A stretch of 64,000 nucleotides of DNA, from the NCBI GenBank assembly GCA_963776345.1, contig CAVZMH010000016.1, positions 64,001 through 128,000 of the forward strand. The letters run 5' to 3'. Position 1 is the stretch's first letter; every line of letters starts with the position of its first letter. The position numbers and the translations under genes were made by a program. Shown here one piece after another: positions 30,640 to 42,563 of the stretch. The notes under the pieces were generated by a model. That model did no database searches, was not told where the DNA came from, and worked only from the letters and a program-made list of their open reading frames with translations. Source of the stretch: an uncultured delta proteobacterium (lineage in GTDB: Bacteria; Myxococcota; Myxococcia; Myxococcales; Myxococcaceae).

Positions 30640-31566
30640 TCAGCGCGACCGGCGCGCGTCCGGGATTGGGACCCCGGCGTCCTCCCACACCGCGGCGTAG
30701 GGCGGCCCGACGAAGCGGGTGCCCGGCTCGCGGCGGAACCAGGTCCGTTGTCGCTTGGCGTAGCGGCGGGTCTCGAGGAGCGTCTGCCGCTCCGCCTCCT
30801 CGGCGGTCAGGGTCCCGTCGAGCACCGCCAGCGCCTGGCGGTACCCCACGCTCTTCATCGGCGGCGCGTCCCGGAAGCCACGGGCCACCAGCTGCTCGGT
30901 CTCGGCGACGAGGCCACGCTCGAACATCCGACGGGTCCGCTCGGCGATGCGCGCCTCGAGCGCCTCCGGCCCCGGGTCGAGGAAGTGGATCCGCGCCGGG
31001 TACCGGGCGGGGCCGAAGGCGTGGGCGGCCCGGAGCTGCGAGGGCGCCGTCCCAGTGGTGGCGTGAATCTCCAGCGCCCGCACCACCCGGAGCACGTCGG
31101 CGACGGCGAGGCGAGCGGCCGTGTCCGGGTCCACCTCGGCCAGCCGCCGGTGCATCGCCTCCGGGCCCAGCCGGCGCGCCTCCTCCTCCAGCACGCGCCG
31201 CACCTCAGGGTCGGGCGGGGAGTCGGTCAGTCCGTGCAGCAGCGCCCGGATGTAGAGCCCGGTCCCGCCGACGACCAGGACGGGACGGCCGCGGGCGGTG
31301 GCGTCGGCGATGGCCGCATCGGCGAGGGCGACCCAGCGCGCGGCGGAGAACGCCTCGGTGGGCTCGACGATCGAGACGAGGTGGTGAGGCACCCGCGCCA
31401 GCTGCTCGGGGTCGGGTTTGGCCGTGCCCAGGTCGAAGTGCCGGTACACGGCCTGCGAATCGGCGCTGACGATCTCCGCCCCGAGGCGCTCTGCCAGGGC
31501 GACGGCGAGCTCGGTCTTCCCCGCTCCGGTGGGGCCGGCGATGACGATGAGAGCAGGCGTGTTCAG
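30640..31566 (-). CDS. miaA: tRNA dimethylallyltransferase
   Basis: IAGPTGAGKT upstream of the listed ORF, SADSQAVY, GTAKP, VGGTGLY, YAKRQRTWF; start codon uncertain. Confidence 0.9.
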   Translation of the reverse strand: MNTPALIVIAGPTGAGKTELAVALAERLGAEIVSADSQAVYRHFDLGTAKPDPEQLARVPHHLVSIVEPTEAFSAARWVALADAAIADATARGRPVLVVGGTGLYIRALLHGLTDSPPDPEVRRVLEEEARRLGPEAMHRRLAEVDPDTAARLAVADVLRVVRALEIHATTGTAPSQLRAAHAFGPARYPARIHFLDPGPEALEARIAERTRRMFERGLVAETEQLVARGFRDAPPMKSVGYRQALAVLDGTLTAEEAERQTLLETRRYAKRQRTWFRREPGTRFVGPPYAAVWEDAGVPIPDARRSR

Positions 31567-31648
31567 AGCCAGGCGAGTATCACCGCCGGACCCGTTCGGG
31601 GAGGGGCCACCCTCGCCCCGGGGAGAACCTGCCTCGAGGCTCCTCGCC

Positions 31649-32914
31649 TCAGCGGCGGGCCACGAGCGCCGCCTCGAGCCCGTCGAGCCGCACCGGCACC
31701 GGCTCTCCGCCGGCGAGCGGCTTGAGCTGCCCCTCGCCCGAGGTCAGCTCGCGCGATCCGAGCACCAGGGCGAACACCGCGCCCGACTTGTCGGCCCGCT
31801 TCATCTGGCTCTTCAGGCTCCCGCCGCGGGCGTCGTGGTCCACCCGGTGCCCGGCCTGGCGCAGCCGGCTCACCAGCGCCAGCGCCGCGTCCGCCGCGCC
31901 CTCCTCCGCCACCGCCACGAAGAGCTCGGGCCGCCCGGGCTGCACCACCCCCTTGGCCTGGAGCAGCAGGCACAGCCGGTCCATCCCCAGCGCCCAGCCC
32001 ACGGCGGGGGTGTCGGGCCCGCCCAGCTCCTTCACCAGCCGGTCGTACCGGCCGCCGCCGCCCACGGCCGAGGCCGTGCCCAGCACCGGGTCGTCGGAGA
32101 GGAACTCGAACGCGGTCCGGGTGTAGTAGTCGAGGCCGCGCACCATCCGCGGGTTCACCCGGAAGGGGATGTCGAGCAGCGTGAGCTGCCGCTGCACCGC
32201 CTCGAAGTGGGCCCGCGCCTCGCCCGAGAGCACATCGGTGATGGCCGGGGCGCCCGCCAGCACCGCCTGGCAGCCCGGGTTCTTGCAGTCGAAGACCCGG
32301 AGGGTGTTCTTCTCCGTCCGGTCCTGGCACTCGGCGCAGAGCTCGCTCCGGTGCGCGCGGAGGAACGCCCGGAGCGACTCGAGGTACACCTCGCGGGTCT
32401 CCGGGTCCCCGAGCGAGTTCAGCTCCACCCGGATCCCCTCCAGCCCCACCCCGCGGAACAGCTGCATCGCCAGATTGATGAGCTCCGTCTCCTGGGCCGG
32501 AGTGGACACGCCGTAGGCCTCGGCGCCCACCTGCCAGAACTGGCGGTAGCGGCCAGTCTTCATCCGCTCGTAGCGAAACATCGGCCCGAGGTACCACCAG
32601 CGGGTCACCGGCTCGCGCTGGGCCACCGCGTGCTCGACGTAGGCACGCACCATCGGCGCGGTCCCCTCCGGGCGCAGGGACAGGCTCCGTCCCGCCTTGT
32701 CCTCGAAGGTGTACATCTCCTTCCCCACGATGTCGGTGGCCTCGCCCACGCTCCGGACGAAGAGCGCGGTGTCCTCGACCAGCGGGGTGCGCGCCTCCTC
32801 GTAGCCGAACCGACGGAACGTCTCGCGGGCGGCGGCCTCCAGCGCGTGCCAGACCGAGATGTCCGGCGGAAGGAGGTCGTTCATCCCCTTCACCCCGGAG
32901 ATGCGCTGGCTCAC
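31649..32914 (-). CDS. hisS: Histidine--tRNA ligase
   Basis: VKGMND, LRPEGTA, FRYER, VRGLDYY, GGGRYD. Confidence 0.95.
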   Translation of the reverse strand: MSQRISGVKGMNDLLPPDISVWHALEAAARETFRRFGYEEARTPLVEDTALFVRSVGEATDIVGKEMYTFEDKAGRSLSLRPEGTAPMVRAYVEHAVAQREPVTRWWYLGPMFRYERMKTGRYRQFWQVGAEAYGVSTPAQETELINLAMQLFRGVGLEGIRVELNSLGDPETREVYLESLRAFLRAHRSELCAECQDRTEKNTLRVFDCKNPGCQAVLAGAPAITDVLSGEARAHFEAVQRQLTLLDIPFRVNPRMVRGLDYYTRTAFEFLSDDPVLGTASAVGGGGRYDRLVKELGGPDTPAVGWALGMDRLCLLLQAKGVVQPGRPELFVAVAEEGAADAALALVSRLRQAGHRVDHDARGGSLKSQMKRADKSGAVFALVLGSRELTSGEGQLKPLAGGEPVPVRLDGLEAALVARR

Positions 32915-33757
32915 GGCGCGCCTCCGATCCGCTGGCCCATGCGGACGGCCGCGCCCGGCCACCAGGCAGTCGTCCCAGACCACGCGGCCCGGCTCGAAGA
33001 GGAGGATGACCGTGGAGCCCATCTCGAAGCGGCCCAGCTCGTCGCCGCGCGCCACCGGCTTCGGCGGCAGGTACGTCCGGAGCCCCGGAGGCTGTCCGGC
33101 GTGGGTCAGCCGGTCGTCGTAGGCGGCGCGGATGCGTCCCACGCAGGTGGCGCCCACCTTCACCACCGCGCAGCGGCCGAAGGGCGTGTCGAGCACCGTC
33201 ACCAGCCGCTCGTTCTGGCAGAACAGCGCGTCCCGGTGGCGCACCGTGGCCGGGTTCACCGGCCAGAGCTCGCCGGGGAGGTAGCGCGACGCGACGACCG
33301 CGCCCTCCACCGGCGCGTGCACGCGGTGGTAGTCCCGCGGCGACAGGTAGAGCGTGGCGTACGTGCCCCCGAGCGCGAACCGCTCGGCCAGCTCCCCGTC
33401 GTCGAGCAGCTGCTCCACCGGGAACTGGATGCCCTTGGCCTGGAGGCAGCTGCCCCGCGACAGGAGGCCCGCCTGGCTCACCACCCCGTCCACCGGCGAG
33501 ACCACCGCGCGCGGGTCCGGGTCCACCGGGCGCGCCCCGGGCCGGAGGCCGCGGCTGAAGAAGTCGCTGAACCGCCCGTAGCCGCCGAAGTCCAGCTCGG
33601 CCTCGGTCATGTCCACCCGGTAGGCACGGGCGAAGGCGCGCATGGCGGCCCGGTGGACGGGCGGGGGCGCCGGCAGGCGGGTGAGCGTCCCCACCGCCCA
33701 GGAGACGGCGGACTTGGGGACGAGGCGCATCAGCGCGAGGAAGGTGCCGTCTTGCAT
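32911..33757 (-). CDS. psd: Phosphatidylserine decarboxylase proenzyme; indel near the 3' end
   Basis: SPVDG, YLSPRDYHRVHAP, NER, autocleavage motif FEMGST. Confidence 0.9.
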
Positions 33758-33771
33758 CGGGGCTGCCGAAA

Positions 33772-34444
33772 CTAACCCCCGGCGTCGGGCAACGCAGGCG
33801 TCCCGCCATCCAGGAGCACGCGCTGGAGGGCCGTCTTGGGCACCACCCCGAGCACGGTCTGGCCGTCGGCGAGGACCACCGAAGTTCGCCATTCCCGGCA
33901 TCGCCGTGCGACAGCGGTTCGAGTCGATCATCGCGAAGGAGTCGCGGGTCCCCCTGCCGGTCACCTCCACCGGGCCTGCCGGCTCGAAGCAGTCCCCGAA
34001 CAGCCGGTTGAAGTCGCGCACGCTCATCCCCGCGCTGGGGGCCGACGGGGGCCCGGCGTCCGGCGGCGCGGGAGGCCTCGGGCCGGCGGGTGCCGGCGGG
34101 ACCGGCGGCGGGCTCACCGACTGGCCGGAGAAGGTGGGGGCAGTCCGGGCCTCGGCCAGGGCCTTCTCCCGGTCCTTCGAGGTCTGCTCGAGCCGCGTCC
34201 GGTTCTCCCGGATGCGCGCCAGGAGCTTGGTGGCGGCCTGGGAGTCGAGCGAGTCGGCCGGGACGCGCTCCAGCAGCGCCTCCACCTCGCGCATCGCCGG
34301 GTCGACGTAGGCGTCGTCGAGCTCCTTGGCGTACAGCTTGTTGAAGCGCTCGGAGGCACGGGTGTACTCGGGCGAGGGCTCCTTGCGCGCGCATCCGGCG
34401 ACGACGGCCAGCAGCAGCACCACGGCGATCGAGCGAGGCGTCAC
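33772..34444 (-). CDS. Hypothetical lipoprotein; frameshift near 33880
   Basis: Lipobox VAGC, helical domain, Pro-rich PDAG linker, alternative frame ending LPDAGG-stop. Confidence 0.6.
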
Positions 34445-34447
34445 GGG

Positions 34448-35179
34448 TCAGACCCCCAGGAAGAGGCGGCGGCCGAAGTTCGGCGCCAGCTCGGCCTCGA
34501 AGATTCTCCGGGCGGCGCCCTCGATGTCGTACTCGACGCGGATGTACTCGACCGTCCGGGCGGTGGTGTCACAGACCACGAAGCAGGCGCGGTTGTCGTA
34601 GTCGCGGGGCTGGCCCACGCTCCCCACCGAGATGAGGTACTGGTAGCCGCGGCGGAAAGCGAACTTCTGCGCCACCACGTCGTTGACCTCGCCGTTGCCC
34701 AGGGCGAAGGCCTTGCAGAGGTGGCTGTGGCCGATGAAGGTCACCTCGGCCAGGTCCTCCATCGCCGGCACCAGCTCCCGGGCCTGCTCCAGGGCGAAGA
34801 CGTACTCGTAGGCGCGCGGGTCCACCGGCGAGCCGTGGCTGAAGCCGATCTCCCCCACCCGGTAGGTGTAGGGGAGGCTCCGGAGCCAGGCGTGGTTCTC
34901 CTCGCTGAGCACCTCGGCCGACCAGTCCAGGGCGTGGCGGGCGCCCTCGTAATAGAACGAGTAGTCCATCCGGCCGGCCACGGCGGCGTCATGGTTCCCG
35001 AGCAGGGTGACCTCGGCCACGCTCCGCACCAGGTCGCAGCAGGCGTTGGGCGAGGCGCCGTAGCCGACGATGTCCCCGAGCGACACCACCCGGTCCACCT
35101 TCTGGGCCTCGACCGTGCGCAGCACCTCGGTCAGGGCCTCGAGGTTGGAGTGGATGTCAGAGATGACGGCGAAGCGCAT
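34448..35179 (-). CDS. Metallophosphoesterase family protein
   Basis: [30 protein letters not shown]. Confidence 0.9.
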   Translation of the reverse strand: MRFAVISDIHSNLEALTEVLRTVEAQKVDRVVSLGDIVGYGASPNACCDLVRSVAEVTLLGNHDAAVAGRMDYSFYYEGARHALDWSAEVLSEENHAWLRSLPYTYRVGEIGFSHGSPVDPRAYEYVFALEQARELVPAMEDLAEVTFIGHSHLCKAFALGNGEVNDVVAQKFAFRRGYQYLISVGSVGQPRDYDNRACFVVCDTTARTVEYIRVEYDIEGAARRIFEAELAPNFGRRLFLGV

Positions 35180-35250
35180 CGGCCTCCGTGGTGCACCGCC
35201 GAGATTACACGACCTTGCCCACCCGGGGGCCTCCATGCTTTGGGGCGGCC

Positions 35251-36213
35251 ATGCGCATCGTCGTCACCGGGTCCCTGGCCTACGACTACCTCATGACCTT
35301 CCCCGGGAGGTTCCGGGAGCACTTCCTCTCCGAGCGGATGCACCGGCTGACGGTGAGCTTCCTGGTGGACGACATGCGCCGGCTCCGCGGCGGCGTGGCG
35401 GGCAACATCGCCTGGACCCTGGCCCTGCTCGGCGGCCGGCCCCTCCTGGTGGCCACCGCCGGCGAGGACTTCGCCGAGTACCGGGGAGCGCTCGACCGGG
35501 CCGGCGTGGACACCTCGGGGGTGACGGTGATCCCGGGTGAGTTCACCGCCTCCTGCTTCATCAACACCGACCTCGACGCGAGCCAGATCGTCGCCTTCTA
35601 CGCCGGGGCGCTCTCCCACGGGCACCGCCTGGAGCTCGGCGGGCTGGGGCTCGGGCCCGGAGACCTGGTGGTGATCAGCCCCACCGACCCGGAGTCGATG
35701 CTCAAGGCCGTCGAGGCCTGCCGCGCGGCGCGCGTTCCCTACCTCTTCGACCCCGGAAAGCAGACGCCCCGGCTCGAGTCCCGGCAGATCCTCGACGGGA
35801 TGGAGTCGGCCGCGGCGGTCATCGGGAACGACTACGAGTTCGCCCTCATGTCCCAGAAGACGGCGAAGAGCGAGGCGGTGCTCCAGTCCATCGCCCCGGT
35901 GACGGTGGTGACCCGCGGCGAGCAGGGGTCGACGGTGCTGGAGCGCGGGAGGTCGCCGGTGGACGTGCCGGTGGCGCCGATCTCGTCCCTGGTCGACCCC
36001 ACCGGGGCCGGGGACGCCTACCTGGGAGGGCTGGTGTACGGGATGGCCCGGGGGCTGCCCTGGCCGGTGGCGGGGCGCATCGGCGCGGTGGCCGCGGCCT
36101 ACGCCATCGAGGTGCGCGGCTGTCAGGAGCACCGCTACACCAAGGGGGAGTTCGTCGCCCGGTACCGCGCCGCCTTCGGAAGCTCGGACGAGGTCGCCGC
36201 GGCGCTGGGCTGA
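35251..36213 (+). CDS. PfkB-family carbohydrate/nucleoside kinase
   Basis: GSLAYD, GGVAGN, DPTGAGDAY. Confidence 0.85.
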   Translation: MRIVVTGSLAYDYLMTFPGRFREHFLSERMHRLTVSFLVDDMRRLRGGVAGNIAWTLALLGGRPLLVATAGEDFAEYRGALDRAGVDTSGVTVIPGEFTASCFINTDLDASQIVAFYAGALSHGHRLELGGLGLGPGDLVVISPTDPESMLKAVEACRAARVPYLFDPGKQTPRLESRQILDGMESAAAVIGNDYEFALMSQKTAKSEAVLQSIAPVTVVTRGEQGSTVLERGRSPVDVPVAPISSLVDPTGAGDAYLGGLVYGMARGLPWPVAGRIGAVAAAYAIEVRGCQEHRYTKGEFVARYRAAFGSSDEVAAALG

Positions 36214-36229
36214 GCCCTGGCTCCGCCAC

Positions 36230-37756
36230 TCACCGCACCGTGCCGGCGGGGATCACCGGGATGAGCGCCTTGAAGTCGTCGTCGGTGAAGACGATGCCCG
36301 CCCCGAGGAAGAAGTCCCGGCCGGCCAGCACCCGGTTGTCGAGCTGGCTGTAGATGGGCGGGTTGAAGATGTCGTCCACGCCGGCGTTCACGTACAGGTG
36401 CTGGAGGAAGGTCAGCTGGAGGCTGGTGCGCACCCGCGGCCAGCGGAGCCGCTGGTTCGCGAAGTCGAAGATGTCGGTCTTCAGCGTCAGCTGGTCCCTC
36501 CAGAAGTGGAGGTCCACCCCCACCCCGCCCGTGCTCTCGATGATCCCGAAGCGGAAGGTGGCCCAGTAGAAGCGCTTGGCGAACTCAGCCGAGAACTTGA
36601 GCGAGTTGATGCTGGTCACCGTGCGCTTCTGGAGCGCCGGGTCGCCCTGCGAGGGGGGGTTGGTCTGGATGTACTCGGTCGTCTCGACGCCGCGCGGGTC
36701 GCTGATCAGCGAGATGATGTAGTACTTGTCCGGCCGGGCGATGATCCGGATGGTGGCGTCGATCTTCGCCGCCCCGGCGTTGAAGAGGTAGTCGGTGTGG
36801 ATGTTGGCCTCGAGCTTGAGGCCCACCAGCCGCTGGGCGTAGTTGGAGACGTCCTCGATGGTCTCCCCCACCTGGCGGCCGAGCTTCTCGTCGGAGACGA
36901 GCTGCCCCACCGCGCCCCGGCCGTCGCGGACGCTCTCGGTGACCGTCTGGAGGTTCCCCAGCGTGGCGTCGAGCTTCTGCAGCGAGGTCCCGATGGAGGA
37001 GAGCTGCTGGGCCCCGCCGTCGGTCGACAGGTTCGCCTGCACGTCCGCCACCATCCGCCGGACGTCGCCGGTGAGGACCCGGACGTTCTCCACGATCTCC
37101 CGGAAGCTGGAGGACTCGCCCTCGGTGGCGCTGCGCATCGACGCGGTGACGTCGCGCACGTTGTCCAGGATCGCCTCGATGTTCTCGCTCGAGCGCTGGG
37201 CGGTGTCGTTGACCGACTGCGACAGCTCGGTGAGGTTCCGGACGATGGTCTGGAGCGACTGCGTCCCGGCGTCGCCGCCCAGCGCCTCGCGCAGCGAGGC
37301 GGTCACCGACTGGATGTCGAGGGTGATCTTCCCCAGCGTGTCGAACAGCGCCTGGAGGCCCTGCTGGTCGATGACGTGGGTGATCTCCCCGCCGTCCGGC
37401 ATCGGCGGCGCGCCGGGCGAGCCGACCTGGAGGTCCAGGAGGTAATCGCCGAGGAACGACTCGGTGCGCTTGATGAGCGTGGCATCGGTCCGCAGCCCGA
37501 TGTCCTTCCGCAGCCGGAGTGTCACCCGGGCCCGGGTGCCCACCAGGGCGATCTCCCGGATCTCTCCGACCGCGATGCCGGCCACCTGCACCCGGCTCCG
37601 GTTCCCGAGGCCCGAGGCGTCGCGGAACATCGCGTAGACGGTGATGGTGTCCGCCCCCATCGTCCCCCGGCGCACGAAGATCAGGGCGGCGATCAGGAAT
37701 CCGACCGCGGCGAGCACCAGGAGCCCGACCCGAAACGGCGTGGCGAACGTCTTCAA
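36230..37756 (-). CDS. mlaD: MCE/MlaD family protein
   Basis: N-terminal TM, DASGL...VQVAGIAVG MCE motif, long helical stalk, beta-rich C-terminus. Confidence 0.8.
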   Translation of the reverse strand: MKTFATPFRVGLLVLAAVGFLIAALIFVRRGTMGADTITVYAMFRDASGLGNRSRVQVAGIAVGEIREIALVGTRARVTLRLRKDIGLRTDATLIKRTESFLGDYLLDLQVGSPGAPPMPDGGEITHVIDQQGLQALFDTLGKITLDIQSVTASLREALGGDAGTQSLQTIVRNLTELSQSVNDTAQRSSENIEAILDNVRDVTASMRSATEGESSSFREIVENVRVLTGDVRRMVADVQANLSTDGGAQQLSSIGTSLQKLDATLGNLQTVTESVRDGRGAVGQLVSDEKLGRQVGETIEDVSNYAQRLVGLKLEANIHTDYLFNAGAAKIDATIRIIARPDKYYIISLISDPRGVETTEYIQTNPPSQGDPALQKRTVTSINSLKFSAEFAKRFYWATFRFGIIESTGGVGVDLHFWRDQLTLKTDIFDFANQRLRWPRVRTSLQLTFLQHLYVNAGVDDIFNPPIYSQLDNRVLAGRDFFLGAGIVFTDDDFKALIPVIPAGTVR

Positions 37757-37803
37757 GTCCCGTCTGCTCCGAGGCCGGCCAGAGGCGCCAGCTTACCCGG
37801 CCC

Positions 37804-38563
37804 TCACGACTTGCCGAACCACATCTGCAGGAAGTGCTTCAGCTCCGGGTGCTGGCTGTGCCGCAGCTCCTGGGGCGGCCCCTCGGCCACGATCTGCCCC
37901 TTGAAGAGGAAGGCCACCTTGTCCGCCACCTTGAAGGAGGAGGCGATGTCGTGGCTGATGACCACGCTGGTCACCTGGAGCTCCCGCTTGGCGGTGAGGA
38001 TCATGTCGTCCACGTAGTCGGTGGTGATGGGGTCCAGGCCCGGTGGTGGGCTCGTCGTAGAGGACGATCTTCGGATCGAGGACGATGGCCCGGGCCAGCC
38101 CCACCCGCTTCCGCATGCCCCCGGACAGCTCGGCCGGGTAGAGCTGCTCCACGTTTCCCAGCCCGACGATGGCCAGCTTCTCGCGCACCTTGGCCCGGAT
38201 CTCCTCCTCCGACATGTCCGAGTGCTCGCGCAGCGCGAAGCTCACGTTCTCGTAGACGGTCATCGAGTCGAAGAGCGCCGCGCCCTGGAACACCATCCCG
38301 AACTTGCGGCGCACCACCTCCAGGGCGCGCTCGTCCATGGGGACGATGTCCTCGCCGTCCACCACCACCCGCCCCCGGTCGGGCTTGAGCAGGCCGATCA
38401 TGTGCTTGATCAGCACCGTCTTCCCCGACCCCGAGCCGCCGAGGATGACGCAGGTGCTCCCCTCCTCGATGTCGAGGTTGATGCCGGCCAGCACCTGGTT
38501 GGACCCGAAGGCCTTCCAGAGGTCCTGGACCGAGATCATCGGAGGCTTGGTCGTGGCGGTCAT
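37804..38563 (-). CDS. mlaF: ABC transporter ATP-binding protein, MlaF type; frameshift near 38040
   Basis: GGSGSGKT, LSGGMRKR, YDEPTTG/LDP, ISHD. Confidence 0.85.
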
Positions 38564-39375
38564 GGGTGGAACAGGAGCCCCATGAAGTAGTCCTCGATGA
38601 AGATGGCCACCGCGGCGTCCACCATGGCGCGGGTGGTGGCCTGACCGACTCCCTTCGCGCCCCCGCGGGCGTTGTAGCCCCGGTAGCACGCGATGAGGGT
38701 CACCGTGAAGCCGAAGACGGCGCCCTTCGCCAGGCCCTCCCAGATGTCGTCCGGGGCCAGGAGATTCTGAGTCCGGAGGATGAAGGTGCCCACCGACAGC
38801 CCCTTCAGCGTCACGGCGACGAAGAAGCCCCCGCTGAGGCCCGCGGTGTCGAAGATCATGGTGAGCAGCGGCACCATGAACAGGCCCGCCAGCACCCGGG
38901 GGACCAGCAGGTATTGCACCGGGTTGACGGCCATGGTCTCCAGCGCGTCCACCTGCTCGGTCACCCGCATCGTGCCGAGCTCGGTGCACATGGCGGAGCA
39001 GGCCCTCATGGTGACCATCAGGGCGCTGAACACCGGGGCCAGCTCGCGGGTGACGGTGAGGGCCACCGTCGGCCCCACCAGGCTCTCCGCGCCGAAGAGC
39101 TCGAACGCGCTCCACGACTGGGTGGCGAACACCATCCCGGAGAAGGTCCCGGTGAGGGCCACCAGGACGATGGAGCCCACCCCCACGAAGTCGAACTGGG
39201 CGAAGATGTTCTGCAGCCGGAGCGGCGGCCGGATCGTCCAGGCGACGATGGAGACCGCGAGCGAGAAGAGCCCGCCCAGGGTCTGGAAGATCCCCAGGAC
39301 GCCGTTGCCCACGCCCTCGACGAGGCCTATGAGCGGGTTCCTCCTGGGCGCGGACTCGAGGTCGGAGGTGGTCAT
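38560..39375 (-). CDS. mlaE: MlaE family ABC permease
   Basis: RELAPVF, ELGTMRVTEQVDAL, GAKGVGQATT. Confidence 0.9.
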   Translation of the reverse strand: MTTSDLESAPRRNPLIGLVEGVGNGVLGIFQTLGGLFSLAVSIVAWTIRPPLRLQNIFAQFDFVGVGSIVLVALTGTFSGMVFATQSWSAFELFGAESLVGPTVALTVTRELAPVFSALMVTMRACSAMCTELGTMRVTEQVDALETMAVNPVQYLLVPRVLAGLFMVPLLTMIFDTAGLSGGFFVAVTLKGLSVGTFILRTQNLLAPDDIWEGLAKGAVFGFTVTLIACYRGYNARGGAKGVGQATTRAMVDAAVAIFIEDYFMGLLFHP

Positions 39376-39432
39376 CGGGCGGCGCGGGGCATCCTAGGGC
39401 ACGCCGCCCACCCCGGCACCCCCACGGAGGGG

Positions 39433-40563
<1,131 letters not shown>

Positions 40564-40712
40564 CGGTCGCGTTCTCCCGGGGAGGATGGCTGCGGGGTCG
40601 ATGCCGGAGGCTACTCTTCCTCGCGGACCGGAGGGGCGCTCTGCACGACCGAGGCCACCCGGACGGGCGCCCGGCGCGGTCACCCCAGCGGACAGACGAG
40701 GACGACACGACA

Positions 40713-41189
40713 ATGGCGACGCAACGGGTCGGCGGCGAGGTCGATGCCACGTGCACGCGCTGCAAGATGGAGCTGGCGCACACCATCCTGGCGATGGTCG
40801 GACCGAAGGTCGCCCGCGTGCGCTGCAACACGTGCGGGAGCGACCACGTGTACCGGGGAACTCAGACCGCCTCCCGGACGGCGGCCGCCCGGCCACGCGC
40901 CGCCCCCGCGGAGAAGACGCTGGTCGGCTGGGAGGCCCAGCTCGCCGCGCTCGACGTCGGGAGCGCGCAGGACTACCGCCCGGAGCAGCATTACGCGGTG
41001 GACCAGGTGGTCCGTCACCCCACCTTCGGCCTGGGCATCGTCCGCGCGGTGAGGCAGGACAAGATGGACGTGGCCTTCAAGACCGCCGAGCGCACCCTGG
41101 TGCAGGGTCGGGGCAGCGGCACCGCTCGCCCCACCTTCGCCCCACCCCAGCGCCCCGCCGAGGCGCCGGAGGGCGGCGACGAACGCTGA
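40713..41189 (+). CDS. Zinc-ribbon hypothetical protein
   Basis: CTRC...CNTC and an HPTFGLG C-terminal beta domain. Confidence 0.7.
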   Translation: MATQRVGGEVDATCTRCKMELAHTILAMVGPKVARVRCNTCGSDHVYRGTQTASRTAAARPRAAPAEKTLVGWEAQLAALDVGSAQDYRPEQHYAVDQVVRHPTFGLGIVRAVRQDKMDVAFKTAERTLVQGRGSGTARPTFAPPQRPAEAPEGGDER

Positions 41190-41228
41190 ACGGCCGGGAA
41201 AGGCTGCTAGCCTCGGGCGCGACGCCAC

Positions 41229-42563
41229 GTGCGCCCCGCTCTCCTCCCCGCGCTCCTGACCCTCGCCATCCTCACCCCTGCGCGGGCCGCGCCGGTGGTG
41301 GAGGCCGAGCCGTCCCGCCTGGTGCTCGGCCCCCGCGCGCGGGCGGAGATCACCGTCCGCAACGCCGGCCCCGGGCTCCGGGGGGCCGTCTCCATCGGCA
41401 CGCTCACCCCCGGCACGTCGGGCGGGGACTTCGCCCGCTTCCTCTGGACGCCTCCGGCCGACGCCCGCGCCCCGACGCTGGTGCTCTTCGCCTTCTGGAG
41501 CGGCGAGACCCCGACGCTCTCCGACATCACCGTCCTCAGCCTCCCCTGCGCCGGGCGGACCGAGCTCTCCATCGAGACCGAGCCGAGCGCCCAGGTCACG
41601 GTGGAGGTGGCGGGCGCACGCTTCGGTCCCCGGCGGGCCGACCGGCAGGGCAGGCTGAAGCTGCCGGTCGAGGTGGGCCCGCACGCCCACGAGGCGCGGG
41701 TCATCGCCGAGCTCTCCGACCAGAGCAAGATCCGCGTCCTGCCGCTGACCCTCCCTCCCTCCCCCTGGCTGCTCGCGCTCAGCCCGGAGAGCAGCGCCGA
41801 GGGCGCGCCGGTGCACGCGCTCCTGGTGGTGCCCGACACCGAGGAGTCCCCGGGCACCGAGCTGGTGGCCGACGGAGCGCGGATCGAGCGCGAGCAGGAG
41901 ATGGGCCGCAGGCTCCTCCTGCGCGTCACCCCGGAGAGCTCGCGGAGCACGGTCACGCTGGCCGCGCGCACCCTTGACGGGTCGGTCCGGGCCGAGACCA
42001 CGCTGGACGTCGTCCGCGCGGTGCCGTCGCCTCCGGTCGCCGCTAGACCCCCGGCGCCGCCTCCCGGGCGCTGGGTGCTGGGCGGGGCCATCGGAGGCTA
42101 CGCCGGCGGCGGCTCCAACGCCGGCCCCCAGGGCGCGCTCACCGTCGGTGTCGGCCTCACCGGGCTCCCGCTGGTCCTCGAGCTGGAGCTCGGCCTCCGG
42201 GCGCAGTCGATGAGCACCCAGGTCGGCACGCTCGGGGTCCAGCAGTCCTCGCTCCTGGTCTTCCCCCTCGAGGTGGCCGCCCGGTGGGAGGCGATGGCCG
42301 TGGGAATCTTCCGGCTGGGAGTCCGCGGCGGCGGTGGGCTCCTCTTCGGCAGCCACCACCTGTCGAGCACCTTCGACGCCGAGCTGACCGAGGGCGCGCT
42401 CGGGTGGGAGCTCTTCGGCGCCGTGCAGGCCGGCCTCCAGCTCGGCACCGTCGAGCCCTTCCTCGAGGTGCGCGCCGCGCTCTCCAAGGTCAGCACCGAC
42501 CACCTCGAGGCCCGTCCCGGGGGCGGCATCTTCTCGATCGGGGTGCGGGGGACGTTCCAGTGA
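41229..42563 (+). CDS. Secreted protein with beta-sandwich domains and a C-terminal outer-membrane beta-barrel-like region
   Basis: Signal peptide, Pro linker, amphipathic strands ending VRGTFQ. Confidence 0.55.
   Translation: MRPALLPALLTLAILTPARAAPVVEAEPSRLVLGPRARAEITVRNAGPGLRGAVSIGTLTPGTSGGDFARFLWTPPADARAPTLVLFAFWSGETPTLSDITVLSLPCAGRTELSIETEPSAQVTVEVAGARFGPRRADRQGRLKLPVEVGPHAHEARVIAELSDQSKIRVLPLTLPPSPWLLALSPESSAEGAPVHALLVVPDTEESPGTELVADGARIEREQEMGRRLLLRVTPESSRSTVTLAARTLDGSVRAETTLDVVRAVPSPPVAARPPAPPPGRWVLGGAIGGYAGGGSNAGPQGALTVGVGLTGLPLVLELELGLRAQSMSTQVGTLGVQQSSLLVFPLEVAARWEAMAVGIFRLGVRGGGGLLFGSHHLSSTFDAELTEGALGWELFGAVQAGLQLGTVEPFLEVRAALSKVSTDHLEARPGGGIFSIGVRGTFQ

Noticed and set aside
31649..34444. 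Apparent 931-aa lipoprotein-Psd-HisS fusion ORF
   Set aside because: Explained by two indels; natural stops exist in alternative frames (TAG at 33772; TGA overlapping the hisS GTG at 32911-32914)
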